Of a stretch of 64,000 bases of DNA, positions 14,290 to 29,200 are shown in pieces. Under the pieces are notes generated by a model. That model had not been told where the DNA came from. It did not search any database and saw nothing but the letters and a program-made list of their open reading frames with translations. The position numbers and the translations under genes are program-made. The stretch covers positions 96,695 through 160,694 of the forward strand of contig JAAOMT010000304.1 in NCBI GenBank assembly GCA_016748015.1. Direction: 5' to 3'. The DNA comes from Geosiphon pyriformis uo1. Its lineage: Eukaryota > Fungi > Glomeromycota. Each line of letters starts with the position of its first letter. Position 1 is the first letter of the stretch.

Positions 14290-17200
14290 GCTCATTAGAT
14301 GATTGTGTATTTAGTCAGGTATATTCATATGATGTAAGTTTAGGAGTGCCTTTATCTACTGGGCCTTTAAAAAATAGATAAGATTTAGTAAAAAACTCTA
14401 TGCTTCCCACAAAAATTACTATTATATAAAATTTATAACTGAAAGTTTCTCACCAATCTGTACATAAATGCCCAGATAACCATCCTTAATATGGTTAGCA
14501 CAGCTTTCGAGAAAGGTAATAGTAGGCTCAAACAGACATCCTACTGCAAACCTTTTTTCTTTTTTGCTCTGCTTAACTGCATGGTTCTTGACTTATGCAT
14601 TGCATATTAGTTTTTTTTTTGTCTAAGACAAAAATGTCCTGCAGAAATTGTAATCACACTAACCTGTACCACCAATGCTCCTAAGAGTGCCTTTGTCTTA
14701 TGTCTAATAATTAAGCCGAAATCTGAACTTTGTTAATTATGCTTAAAATGCATAGCACTACGTCAAACCCAAATGCTCTTGAACATTGATATATCTGGTC
14801 TTTTTGTAAGTCCAATAAAATGGGTAAATCCTACTTTGAAGTCTTTCAAGTAAGAAAATTTGTTTGGAAGCTCCTGTTCGAAAAGTTCTTAAAAGAAGTT
14901 GAGAACTGGACATCTGACTGAGAACGAAACCTAGCAAGGTAAATGAACAAAAATAAGTTGATACAAATAATGACCAGAATAAAAATGTTTTATATAAACC
15001 TTTTTATTATCATTTTTCTCTAAGCAAATTAATCGACACCATGTACTTAAGAATAACAACTTCACAACCAGCTCCCCCTGGATCTCTGCATCAAGAATTC
15101 TACTGAATTTGTTGACAGCATCCAGTTTTTTTAGCACCACTAAACCATTTTCTGATAGCATTTCCAATGCAGCTTCCAATACAGGTTTGAATGGGTAAGT
15201 TATCAAATGATTTTTGCAATCATCATCAATGGCTATCAACATTGTCATATGAGACTTGATGAGATCAGGTGCCACACTTGAGACTGGAGAGATATATAAA
15301 GTGGCAATGTAAGCAATTACAGCAAGTGCTGCTTTTCTTTTCATCTTAGCATTCTGTTTCCAATTGTTTATTCCTCCAAGAAGCTTAAATTTGACAAGTT
15401 GTATAATATTCCTAAATTTGTCCATGTCTAACTCCCAAGTTTCAGCTGATTGCCACCAAGAACCCCATAATGGTCTGTCAAACCAAACGATATTATGACC
15501 CGAACTGTTCTCATTGTCTGGAATATTCTCACTACAAAACCCCATTGAGTGTGTAGTTATAAACATAGATAATAAAAAGAAAACAAAAAAGCTAACCTTA
15601 GACAATCCATTATGGCCAAGTAGATGAATGGTTTATAAACTTTATGTCTATGCATTCTCGCCTAAAAAACATTATCATTGATATCAATTTTCACTTATAG
15701 ACTTATTATATTATTTGTAATTTATTAATTAAAGAACACAACTAAGGTTTCAGAAAAGTAAATTAAAAGCTAATTTTTAATACATACTGAATTATCATTA
15801 TCAAACTGAGATGCCAAGTTGGCAACTGAGGAATTTATATCTGTCAAGATACTGGTAACATAAGCTTGATACTTGAGTAGGGCCTGCTGAATTGCTCTAA
15901 ATGCCTGATTTTTTTTAGTACTATCCACTTGATCCGTCTTTTTAGCTACAAGATAAATCAAAAGCATGAATATTGATTCTGATAAGAACTGCATTTGCTC
16001 AGAAATTAGAAATAAATCTATAGAGAGTAGAACAGAGGCTTCGTCGATAAAAAGAATTATCTTTCCCTTATTTTTTGGCATATTTTTCTTCCCACAATCA
16101 AAGTTGACAGTGTTCCAGAATTTACTGGCTTGTTCTTAAAAAAATGTCAGAGCACATTTGTATTAATACCTGGTAAGTAAAACAATTACATTATCTGGTT
16201 TTTTAGCAATGCTTGTTGATATTTTTCTTGCAGTCAATTCTTGAGAAATTCTTCTTTTTTTATATGAAACATCAAGATAATCAATTGAATTCAGCCTAAT
16301 GCCTTGATTTCAGCTTTATCTATGTTCTTTGCTGTATTTAAGTTTTTTAGCATATCCATACTCTTCATGGTGGCCGGAGGGTATCCAGTTGAGCCATTTT
16401 CGTAAAAGCAGACATATACAAAGAGAAATTCAGCTACAAGTTCACAGTCTGCTCTTGTCTTTCCATACCCTAATAACTGGATGATAGTCAAGTAATTGTA
16501 GTAGTTCTCAGTGCCTGCAACTTGACTTATCCATTTGCATAGTGCACCTAGATAGCCATCAGGATCTCGGAACATGACAGTAAAGGCCTTCTCAAATATG
16601 CGCTTTTGACTTGATAATGTTTGTTGTGCTGGGCCACTGTGAACTAGGTATGAGCATAGATAATAGATAATGAGATAGAAACAAGCAATAACATTCTAAC
16701 TATTCTCCCTCTGTTGCTCCTATTCTATTTAACCTAAATGCATAAATAATATATCCCTTGTTTCCTCTAGTTCATCTTTACAATAAGTTTATGTATAACC
16801 GATAATGCTCTATTCTATACTCCTCTTAATGTACATGTTATAATACATTCCAACTATTCTTACAATATGATCATATTTACTAATTTTGATTATGAATCAA
16901 CAGATGGTTGCAATATTTACTCACTAATTACCTTGCTTTTCAACTTTAAGTTTTTCAACCAAAGTAGCAATTCTCATTGCTGGTCCTCTTTTTATGCCAT
17001 CTTGCATAAGATTTTCTTTAGTTAACAATAGAAAGATTTGACCAGATATCCTGTTAGTTTTAATTATATTAAGATCTTCTTTTCTAAGGAATAACTCTTC
17101 ACTCTTTTTCTCAAGAAACTCATTAACTTGTTGTGGAGCCCACTTCTTGATTTCTTCAACTTTCTCTTTGCCCACATTGTATTGGGCAGATTTACCATCA

Positions 17201-17452
17201 ATGCCAAAGTCCTTGAACTCTATTTTTTTCGTAGATAACAATGAGTGATTCTCCAAAAAATAATACTCATACCAAATCTATCTTACTTTGAGTTAGTTCT
17301 GTTCTCAGGACATCTATGCTTGAGTTAGACACATCAGATGTAGTAATGTTGGGAATTATAGAGTCCTCTGTTTTCTTTTTTCTAATTTCTATAGTCGAAT
17401 CAGCTGAAGAAGTACTAGCTTCACTTTTAGTGGGTTTCTTTTTGTTGCTCAT
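14290..17452 (-). pseudogene. Intron-containing SAM domain + P-loop NTPase + PD-(D/E)xK nuclease-fold gene (Crinkler/CR-toxin-like), disrupted
   Basis: SAM: WAPQQVNEFL...NRISGQIFLLLTKENLMQDGIKRGPAMRI (16924-17256). A phase-1 GT..AG intron (16931-16644) joins it in frame to FRDP...IIQLLGYGKTR (Walker A). Walker B is ILFIDEA (about 16040-16060). FDRPLW lies at about 15470. The C-terminal segment RSAMHFKHN*QSSDFGLII...LVVQ[intron]VKN lies at about 14580-14765. In-frame stops are present. Confidence 0.75.
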
Positions 17453-18399
17453 AGCTTAAAAAAATGATACATAAAAATCTATTTTGGCTGTAAAACATTT
17501 TATGCTAATTGACCAATCACTTTGTTCATCATGTGTAACCGAAATCATGTACATATTTATTAAGCACCAAGGCTAAAAAAAGTATTTTTAATGTAAAATT
17601 TAAGAATTAAATTTTTAATTATAAAAATATTATAATTTTAAGAAGTTTTTAAACAATCAAAAAAAATACTTTGTTTTTGTTTATCAGATTTTTATACTTA
17701 AATTAAGAATAATTATTTATTTATATATAATTTTTAAAATATTTATTTTGTTACAAATACAAATTACGTATTTTATTCCAGAATTAGATTTGATATTTTT
17801 AATGTATGTTTAATTTTATTTGAATTTATCAAAAATATTTATATAAATTTTTGTTGTATTAATGTAATTCAAATTTAAAAATAAATAAATAAAGATATTT
17901 TTTATGGAATTTTTTATTAAAATTATTTAGATATTACAATTTTTTGTTTTTTAGTTTTAATTTGATTTTTAACACCAAAATTCTATTTTTTTGGCATTAA
18001 TAATATTTTTTAAGAAGTGCCAAAAATTCACTATTTATTTATTTTATTTAACAATTTATTTATAATTATTGAAAAATAATGTAAAATTTTTTAATAATTT
18101 AAAACAAACAATTAATAATTTTTAATTAACATAGTTAAATATTTATTAATATATGTTGAAAATAATTAATTAAAAGTAAAACAAATTTATAGGACTTAAA
18201 ATATTATTTATAATAAAAATAAACCAAAAATAAAAGTTAAAAAAACGTTTTTAATATATATATATTTAGATAAATTCTTAAATATTTTTAAAAATTGCAT
18301 ATTTTTAAAAAATTTATATTAATATATTATTATTTTTTTATATTAATTAAAAATAATTATTTTTTTTATTTTTTTAACAAGTAAAATCTAAATATAATT

Positions 18400-20100
18400 T
18401 AATATAATACATTAAATTAATTAATTTAAACTAAACATAAATTATGCATTTTTTATATATAATTAGTCATTTAGACCAGTTAAAATAATATTATATATTT
18501 ATTATAACATTAATAAAATTATTAATATTTGCAAAAAATAAGCACAACTTATATAATCCAAAACAAATACCAAAAAATTCAGCAACTTTTAACAGTTAAA
18601 TAATACTATTAAAAAGTATTAGCAACAACTTAAAAATTATAGAAAACAAAAAATTATTACAAAATATCAAGTCATTTTTTTTATATTTAGATTAAATCAA
18701 TTAAATTTTATTGTAATAAAATATTTTTAAATTATACACAAAATTCATAATTTTAAAATCTAAAAAAGCTTTTATATACTAATTTTTAAGAATACAACTT
18801 TTGTTTAAAGTAGTATATAAAATAGTATTAAAATTATATAATAATAATAATTATATAATATATAAAAAAAACTGGTTAAGATTTAATATAAAATTCTATA
18901 AAGCTATATATAATTTTAGTAATCTTATATAAATATTAAGATCTGTTTTATAGAAAAAAAAAATCTGAAAATTAAACTTTTTTATAAAATAAACACAAAA
19001 TATTAAAGTACTTTTTATTATATAAATAATTTTATTTATATATTTAATAATTATATAAAAATTTAAATATCAAACCAAAAAAACTTGATCTAATTAATAT
19101 TTTTTAACAAAGTTTTATTAATAATTACAATATTTAATCTAGCTTTTTATAGAACATAACTAATAAACTTAAAAATATTGTGAATAAAATACCAAAAACA
19201 ATTATATTATTAGATTTAATATATCTTTTACTAATCCAAATAAGAAGTATAAAGTCTAAATAAAAGATAATACCAACTTATTTATTAGTTATTTTATTGT
19301 TTATAATATTCAAATATTTCTTAATTTTAGATTACTTAATCTAAAAATTCTTTCTTTTAATCAAATTTATTATATAATATTTTTTTAATTAATATTAACT
19401 ATAAAAATTAGAAACTACTAAATTTAATTCAGATAAATAAACATTTAATATTGTTTAATTATCTAAGTAGACTACAATACAACTAAAAAAAAGAATATAT
19501 TTTAAAAAAAAAGCAATTGTTTATAGTTTAGCCAAAATAAAAAAAAGCAAATTATCAATTTTAATTTTTATTATTAAATTAAAATCTAAAAAATACAATA
19601 ATCTTATAATTTATATCAAATATACTCAAATTTTTTCATAAACTATCAATATAAACATTTATAATATTTAAATTAATTATCAAAAAACGATTTTTTATAA
19701 TATAAAATTCATTAAAATCCAAAATATTTTAAAATAATTTATAATATACAGCAAAAAAATTGTGAAAAAAAATTTTATAATCCAAAACTATTAGTTAATT
19801 TAAATTAAATAAGAACAGAATTTTTAAAATCAAGCTTTTTTTAATAATACAAACTTTTTTAATCAAAATCAAATTGTTTTTCATAAATAATTGTTTAATA
19901 AATATAATATTAAATCTTTTAAAAGAGTAATAAATATTAAAAAAAACAAAAACATTCAAGATATAAGATATTGAAATATAACCTACAAAACAAAATATTA
20001 ATATTAAATTATTTATATAAAAAAATTCATAACTCAGAAATATCTTAACTGTACTAATCAAAAAATTACTTACTAAACTAATTTTTAACCTAACAAAAAA
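18400..20100 (+). mobile_element. Very decayed Ty3/Gypsy pol (RNase H-integrase) remnant
   Basis: Scattered residual similarity to the integrase core (LIQINKHF.../TKKKNI... at about 19410-19560) in A-rich coding-like sequence. Too eroded for firm boundaries. Confidence 0.3.
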
Positions 20101-21099
20101 TTGTTAAAAAATGATTAAAAAATTAACTTAAAATTTACAAATTTAGAAATCTATATTTAAATAAATAACCAAAAACTTTATTTATACTTAAAAATATTAT
20201 GACTAAAATTATTTTGTTTTTAGCTTATATTTGTTTAAATTTCTTTAGTTTATATAATAAAAAATAATAAATAGTCTTATTAAAAAAGTTTTTTGGTAAG
20301 TTAAACTTTTTTTTTAAATTCTTTTTAATTAAAGTATTTTATTTATAATATATATTCTTAGAAATAAAACTGAACTATATTCTATAATTAATTATTAGTT
20401 GTAAAATAACTAATATTAAATATAAAAACTATTTGTTTATAATAGTTTTTTTCAAAGTATATTTGTAAAAAACTTAATATTTAAGTAAATTTTAATTAAA
20501 CTAGGTTTAAACAAACCAAATAATAACAAAAAAATATTTAAATACTTATTAAATTTTTTTTTTATAATTAAAATTAACAAACTACTAATAAACAAATATA
20601 ATATTTTTATTTAATAATTAATAAAAATTGTTACAGTTTTATTATTATTAATTAAAATATTATTAATTTTAAAAAATTTATTTATAATATCTAAAATACA
20701 TTATATAATAGCTTAACTATTTTTTATTTAAATTGTATTATCAATAAAATTACTAGTAACAAAAAAAAATAATAAATTAACATGATTTTTAATTTTCCTT
20801 ATTTTAACAAAAAACATAATATTAATTTTGTATTTATAGTTAAACTTAAGATAATTCATAGATATAAATTATTATAAGTTATTACAGATTATAAATTTTC
20901 TTATATTTAAGTATATATAGTATACATATAATAAAAATAAATTAATTTGCATATTTTTATAAAAATTTTTAAATAGTTTTTATAATATTAAAGAAACTTA
21001 TAAAAGTTGTTTGTTTTTGTTTATCTTGTATTTTTTTATAAAATATATATTTAATATAAACAAATTTACTAACTGTATCATAAAATTTCTTGTTATTTT

Positions 21100-22560
21100 T
21101 AAACTTTATAAACTGTTCAAAATTTGTAATAACAGTTAATGCATTCTTAATACTTATTATTTTTTGTATTTTTTGTTTTTCATTAGAGCTATTATGTTTT
21201 GTTTTACAATTTATTATAATATAATTTGTAATCTTATCATCATTTAGATATTCTAAAATAATTGTATTGTTTTTTTAGATAAATTTATCAAATTTTTAAT
21301 TGATAAATATATATGCTTTGACTATATGCAATCAAACTTTTTTCAACAATTTTTAATCTTTTTTTATACTATTTTTTGATTATAATTAGCTATTATTTTC
21401 AAATTTGCAGTTTTATTCTGAAAATTATTATTTATATTAATTAGAAAAATGCCAATTTTGTGTTAACAATAAGCAATTATTTTATTTAAAACATTTTTTT
21501 ATGTTTTATAAATTAGATATATTGTTTAAAGTAGATTATTATATAAATATTATTAACACTATTATCAAAAAGATTTAATACATAATAAAAAATGGTAACA
21601 GTAATGTGTCTTAAAACAATAAATAATTTTAGTATATATAAATTGAATATGTACTGTCAAGTTAGATACAAATTATTTTACATGAATATTTATAATAGAT
21701 CTTATATTATAGTTATAATTAACAAAATTGTCTATTAATAATAATATGTTTTGGTTTTTTTTATATAGCTAATAGTCCTAATCAACAAATTATTATTAAA
21801 AAATATTATCAGTTATCTAAATATAAGTGTTTAAATAATACTTAAAACCAAATTGCTTTTCTGTTTTTTTTGAAAACAGTATAAACATTTAACATAATTA
21901 ATAATAAGTAGTAATAAATATTCAGTTTTATTAGTATTGGTTATAAAAACAAATGTTAATTATATTTTTAATTTTTTAATGCCATAATATTATAGCAAAA
22001 TCTTGATTTGATAATATAACATAAAATAGTATAGTTTTATCTATATTAAAAATATTGCATAATTTCTAATCAGCAAGAAATATTATTATATACACTCACT
22101 TATTTTCAATATATTTAATATTACTTAATAATATATTATCATAAAAATAAAATAAATACAATTCAACATAGTTTTTAAAACTTTTAAGCCAGTTATTGAA
22201 TTGTTTTTAGCACTTATTTTCTGAAATATCTAATTGATTATAAAATTTTATGTCAGCAGCTCAAATTATATCTTTAGTAAGTATTATTTTATATGATTCT
22301 GCCTCTTAAACAAAAATAACAAGTGCTTTATCAAAGTTAAAATTAAATACTGTACATATATGCTTATTAGTCAAGTTATATATTATATTTGTTTATGAAC
22401 AAAAATTTGGTTTATTTTTAACCCAAGCCAAAATTAAAGACTGTTTTATGTATGAAAAACCATTTTTCTTAAAGTATTTTGCAGTTTTTAATTGGTTTTT
22501 ATTATTTGCATGATATTAATTAAGCATTATAAACTTATTATAAAGTGTAGCATTTTTATA
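21100..22560 (-). mobile_element. Decayed pogo/Tigger-type (CENP-B HTH + DDE_1) transposase
   Basis: Minus-strand translation gives FNNWLKSFKNY (HTH_Tnp_Tc5 GWL..FK motif, about 22170-22200) and IFNIDKTILFY (=IFNMDETGLFY, about 22025-22057), followed by LTFVFITNTNKTE. Confidence 0.65.
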
Positions 22561-22649
22561 ATTTTGCTAAAAAGATAATATGCTTTTTGCTATTAGATAT
22601 AGTAGAATCAAAAAGAAAAAGAAAAGTATAATTAAGATTCTGATTAAAT

Positions 22650-23245
22650 AAAACTGATTTAAAAATTCGACTTAATTATTTACAAAATTAATAATAATTT
22701 AAAATTCTGATTTAATTATTAATACAATCAATAATATTTAGAACTTGAGACAATTTAAAACTCTGACTTAATTATTTATACAATTAATAATAATTTAGAA
22801 CTTGAAATAATTTGAAATTTCAACTTAATTATTTATACAATTAATAATAATTTAGAACTTAAAACAATTCGAAATTTTGATTTGATTACTTATATAATCA
22901 ATAATAATTTAAAACTTAAAACAATTCAAAACTTTGATTTGATTATTTATATAATTGATAATAATTTAAAACTTAAAACAATTTGAAACTTTGACTTGAT
23001 TATTCATAAAATTAGTAATAATTTAAAACTTGAAACAATTCAAAACTTTGATTTAATTATTTATAAGGTTAATAATAATTTAAAACTTGAAACAATTTAA
23101 AATTCTAACTTGATTACTTATATAATTAATAATAATTTAAAACTTAAAACAATTTGAAATTGACTTGATTACTTATAATTAATAATAATTTAAAACTTGG
23201 AATAATTTAATATTCTAACTTGATTACTTACATAATTAATAATTA
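22650..23245. repeat. Minisatellite, 57-bp unit, about 10 copies
   Basis: GAACTT recurs at 22741, 22798, 22855 and onward. Consensus approximately AATAATAATTTAGAACTTGAAACAATTTGAAATTCTGACTTGATTATTTATACAATT. Confidence 0.9.
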
Positions 23246-26200
23246 TTCTATTAAATAAATAATATTATATTATTATATAGTATTTTTAGTTATAGAAATA
23301 TTGGTTTGTTTATTGTAATTTTATTAAATTAGCAGAATTTAAACTAAATTTAGCACTTAAGATAACTTATACTAATAGTAAAAAGTTATAAGTTATTAAA
23401 TATTACAGATATAAGTTATAAATATAGGAATTCTTTAATTACCAAATTGATAAATTCAAAATATTATAACTTATTACAAGTTATAAGTTATCTTAATATG
23501 AGTTATTTTAGATTTGACTATATACAGATTTTTTGATTTTTTTATTATATATAAAAAAAGATTATAAAAATATTTTATAAAAGTAAAAAAAAAACTTTAT
23601 TTTAATTCAAATTATTATGTAATTAGTACTTATTTGTTAGTTTAAAATTTATTATTACTTAATTAATTCTATTATAATAAATATTGTTAAAAAATTAAAT
23701 AAATTTATTATATATCTTAACTTTATATAAATTATTTCTTAGATAAAATTATTCAATAGAATTATAAGTCTTTTACATATTTTATAAAATCAACCAAAGT
23801 TTGTAATTTTTTTCTAAAGCATCTTTTATTACAAAACCAATAGCAAAAATCAGAAACTTAGTTGTAATATCTTTGAAAACAGAAAAATTATTATTATAAA
23901 AAATATTAAACTTGTTATATATTAAAAAAATTCTGTTTAAAAAAATTTTAATTAAAACTTTATTTTATTTATACAGTTTAAAAATTATAGACATTTATAT
24001 TTTTTTTATGATTAAAAAATTAATTTACAAACCAAATAAATATTCAAAAAATTTAAAACATATACAATATTAAATTATTATAATATATTTAAAGTTTATT
24101 AAAAATATTAAACAAATTAGCAGCTTTTCTATTAAAAAGCTTTTTGATTACACTAAACATTTAATTTAAACTAATAGTATTTATAACTTTAAAAAAAGTA
24201 TTATTGTTTATATAATTAAGTAGTAAGTATTAATATTATTACAAATTAAAAATGTTTTTTTTCTTGTTTATTTTAGATTTAATCTTACTAAAAACTAAAA
24301 TCAACTTATTTTTTACAATCAAATAATTTAAAATTATCTTTTAAAATAAGTACTTTAAGACATTTTTAATAATATAATTTTTTTTGATTAAAAAGTTTTT
24401 TATATATTTAAAAATAGTAAATCTATAATATAACTTTTTTATGCTACATAAAATAAAATAAATATTATTAAAACCAGTATTAATATCTAAAAAAGCTTAC
24501 AAAATTAGTATTTATATTATCAAAAAAATTTTAACAATTTATTAACAATATAAACTTTATATTTAATCTAATTTATAATTTTTTGACAATTTTAAATACC
24601 AAAATTTCAAGCTTGTATGATTTAAATAACAGCTTAATAAAAATATTATTATATTTTTTATGTTATATTTTAGAAAAACTTTATTAGTTAAAAGACATAC
24701 TATTTTTTAAATTATATTTTACATAATATTTAAATCTAAAACTATTATAAAATAATAAAATTAATATAAAACAACATAAAATTAGCCAATATAGCACTTT
24801 TAAATTAAATTTATTTAATATTATTTATATTTTTAATATTAAACTCTAATTAATTTTTGTTTACTTATTTGTAAAAAAAAATTCAATTATATGTTCAAAA
24901 GTTTATTTAAAACAACAAAAATAGTAATTATTAAAAAAATTATTAATATTTGTTATATTTTTGTTAATTATTGTATTAATAAAATTAGCAAAAAAAAAGC
25001 TTTATTGAAATCCAAAATAAAATTTACTTGGCTTTTTTTTTGTTCTTTTAAATATAAAAAAATTAATTATTAATTTGTCTATTTTTTAATTATTATTAAA
25101 TATGTTAAATCTATATAAAAAAATTTTTTTTAATTAATTGTATTTTTACTCTTTAAAAGTATGTTTACTAGTTTACAAACTGATAAATAATTGTTTTAAT
25201 TAAAAAATTCTTTCTAAAAAAATTAATATAAGCTTAATTATTTTTGTTATTAAAAGTATTATTGTTATAATTATTATTGTTTTGATTGTCATTATTTTTA
25301 GTAACTATTAAAAATAAAATAATATTGTTATAAACTTTTAAATAATATTTAGTTATTTTACAGTAATATTATAAAAATAAATTATAATTTTGCTGTTTTT
25401 GGTTATATAATAATTGTTAAAATTAATTAAAATATAGCTTATATTTAAATTTTTAAGATTGCTAGTTTTTTTATATTGTTTAAGTTAATAAGTCTAATAA
25501 TCAAACTAAATTAATAATAAATTTATTAAATTATTGTTTATTAAAATTAAAAATTTAGACTACAAAAAAAATTGTTATTTAAAATACTAAAACAAAAATA
25601 AAAAAAGTATAAATAATAAAAAAATATTTTTTAAGTGCATTTTTTGATTACTTTTAATTTTTTTAAACATATTTAATGGCTATATTTATTGTAAAATTAT
25701 TTTTAAAAACAAAAAACTAAAAAACATATAATAAATTAGTTTATAATTTTGTTATAAAAATATAAATGTTTTGTTTTTTGGTTTAATTTTGGTATTTATT
25801 TATTTATTTAATTTTTAAATTGTTTTAACATATTTAATAATAATTTTATCTAAATTTTAATTTTATTTTAGTTTTATTTATAATTTAGAAATTAAATTAG
25901 AGGTTTAAATATTAACAAATATTTATTTAGTCATTTGTTAATAAATATTTTTTTTTGAAAATTATATAATAAATAAATTATAAAAATAGTTATTAATAAT
26001 TTGAAATTTGTATTTGTTGTTATATTAGTTGATTATAGTTATTTTTTTAAAATTATTTAATTATTTAATAAAGTTTTATGTATTTTTTCTAAATAAAAAC
26101 AATAATGTATTATTTTTTTGTTTAAAAATAATTTAAATATATTAAAGAACCAATAGCATATTTTAATTATTAAAAATATATATTATAAAATCAAAAATTG

Positions 26201-29200
26201 AGTTTTTAAATATTATATTTGAATTACTTGAAAAAATTTTAAATATAGATGCTGTTTAATAGTTTTTTTTCTGTTTTAAAAAAAGTTTTAACTAATTAAT
26301 ATGTTGCTATTCAAATTTAAAAATTATTATTTAAAAATTACTACATAAAAAAATTAATTAATATTATTATTTTTTATATAAGTGGTTTTAAAATAAGTTT
26401 AATTAAAGAAATATATTAAATAAATATATAAAATTTAATAAAATATTTGTTTAGAAATTAAATTCAAAAGTCTTAAAATTGTCTATTAGATTAATTTTTA
26501 ACAAAAAAACAAATTAAGTAAAAAAAAATTAAGTTTTCAATAATTTAAGTTATTTTTATTATATATATAAAATATTTTTTTAATTATTATATAGTGCAAA
26601 CTATTTATAGTCATTAAAAAATTTATATAATTTTAAATTATATTTAGTCTTCTAATTTTAATAATTTTAAAAAACTAAACTGTAAATATGATAGATTAAG
26701 TTCTTTTCTTTCATATTTACAATTTAATTTTTTGAATTATATTATATTTTATAAAGTTATTAAAGTTTAAAATTAGCTATTTTTATTATTAATTTTTAAT
26801 TTTTAGATGCCAATTAATCAGATTTTAGCCAATTAACAATCATTAAAGTTATATTACTATGTGATAAATTATTAAAGTATTATTATTTTTAGAAAGATTT
26901 TTAATTAATATTAATTTAATCTTTAAATAATTATTTTTTTATTAAGATATAATATCTTTTGGCTTGTGTGTTTTCTGCTAATAATATAGTATTATTAATT
27001 ATAAATATTTTATTTATACTATTACTATATTCAGTTGTCATTATCAGAACAAAAATTCAGATATCAATATTATTTACATCAAATGCCAAAGGAATTATAA
27101 AAGTACTAAAAATAATTGTTGAGAAATTTGGAAATATTATTTGTGCTTTATTTGTAATTTTGTGTTTTTTTTTGATAAATATTAAAAACAATCAGCTTTA
27201 GTGTTAAAAACAGCAGATTTAAAAAAAGAATTGAAATAATTATAATATGATTGGCTATTACTTCAAGAGTAATATTATAAGTGAAATGTTTGATATTAAA
27301 AAATATTACAAAAGATTAATTACTTATCTCAATTCTTATATTTTAAAGCAATAACATAACTCAAAATTTATAAAAAAAATTAATATAATTAATTTTTTAA
27401 TGAATAAATTTTGTGATAAATTATAGATAGCTTATCTTTTTTTGTAGTATTATATATTATAATACTTAAAACATATGTCTTAAAATAGACAATACTATAT
27501 AATAATTTAGTAGATATCTTTGTTTTTATCTGTAGTTAAAAAAGTCTGCCAAATGCTTTTGTAAACACTATAATTGTTAACTTTTATGTAATTTTTAGGT
27601 TTTTTTGTATAATAAGTTCAATATTTATCTTGTTATCTGATGTTTGATTAATAATTTGCATTCTATTAAAGTTGGTTTTTTTTATATACTTGTTTTTATT
27701 ATGTCAATATATCAATTTAGACAAATATAAAATTTTTTTTAGAAATCTTGAAACAAAGTTTTCAAAATAAGTTAGAAGAACTAAATAAGATAATATTGTA
27801 ATCAAAAACAATTAATTATATAACTTGATTTTGAATTAAATGAAATATATAATTGGCTGATATTTATATTATTTGAAACTCTGACTTTTAATTTTATTTT
27901 TTCAAATATTTTATTTTGCATATGTTAATTTTTAAAGATATTTGTTAGCTTTTATTGTTATATAATAACATATAATAATAAAAATATGAATAAGAAAAAA
28001 ATTTGTTTATTTAAAGTTTTTAATGTATTTTTAATTGGTTTTTAATTAAGAATATACTGTATAAAAGAAACTAAAGCAGATTTTACTAAAAAACTTTCTT
28101 TAATTTATGGTGTTGAATAATGTATTATGTATACTAATATAACTTTAAACACAGAAAAAAGTATTTTTCCAATTATTAATAATAGCAAAAAATTTTAATG
28201 CTACTACATATAAAGATTTATATATATAAATATTATTGTTATTAAATTTTTTGAAATATCTTATAGATAAATTCTGTAAAATTAAACTTATAATAATTAT
28301 ATAACAATTTTAAAACAAATATTATATTTAAACATAATTTTTATGTATATGATATAACATTTTTCTATAATATCTTACAATATATGTTTTTTAATAACTA
28401 ATATTTTGAATATTTTTTTTTATAAAATTTTAAAAATAGATTGTGTTTCATCTAATAAAAAAAATGATCAAAAGCTTAAAAATATAAAACATAAAAGTAG
28501 TATTTATGATTAAAAATTAATTTAATCAGATTTAAAAAAAAAAACTTGCAAACTATTTTTGCAATCTATAAAAAATAAAAAACAATAACCAATTTTGAAA
28601 ATTTTGATTAATATTATTTTTATAATAATGTAAATACTTACTTTAAATTCACAAATAACTTTTCAATAACTATAATATTGTATTTCAAAGAATTGCTTAA
28701 ATCTAAAAAATATATAAAATCTTCTATAATAAAAGTTTTCAATTAAATTTAATATTTAAATAATAAATTATATCAAAAAAAATATAACAACTAAAATACT
28801 TATTATGTATTCAACCAAATTATAATCTAGTTTTAAAATTGGTTTTTTAGACTATAAAAAAAATTTCAATTGTTAAATATTTCAACAATTTATTAAAATA
28901 TAATATATAATAGCTTATTATAGTAATCAAAAAACTTATATTAATTAGTATTAATTTAGGAAAATTAGGTTAAATTGAAAAATCTTTGGCTTTATTTTGA
29001 TTAAAAGAATTGAAGTTGTCTTAAAGACTATAATCTTGAATAGCTTTTTTTTAGTGTTATATATTTTTAATAAGTTCATTTTGATGCAAAAAATATATAA
29101 AATATATTAGTTTAAGTAGATAAAACCCAAATTTTTTGTAAAAACCTAATAAACTTCTCATTTGTAAGAATTTAACATTTTTAAAAATGTGTAAATTATT

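Noticed and set aside
13972-14295. 107-aa minus-strand ORF downstream of the SAM-NTPase gene
   Set aside because: No recognisable domain; it may be a terminal exon remnant but cannot be supported.
22650-23245. Regularly spaced repeats resembling a CRISPR array
   Set aside because: The units are contiguous with no unique spacers, there are no cas genes, and the context is eukaryotic.
23750-25000. Possible additional Gypsy RT/RNase H remnant
   Set aside because: Coding-like texture only; no catalytic motif could be read with confidence.
26900-28750. Possible decayed KDZ/Zisupton- or CACTA-like transposase (VYDIT and FH remnants)
   Set aside because: The motifs are too short and eroded to assign by eye; a stop-tolerant profile search is needed.
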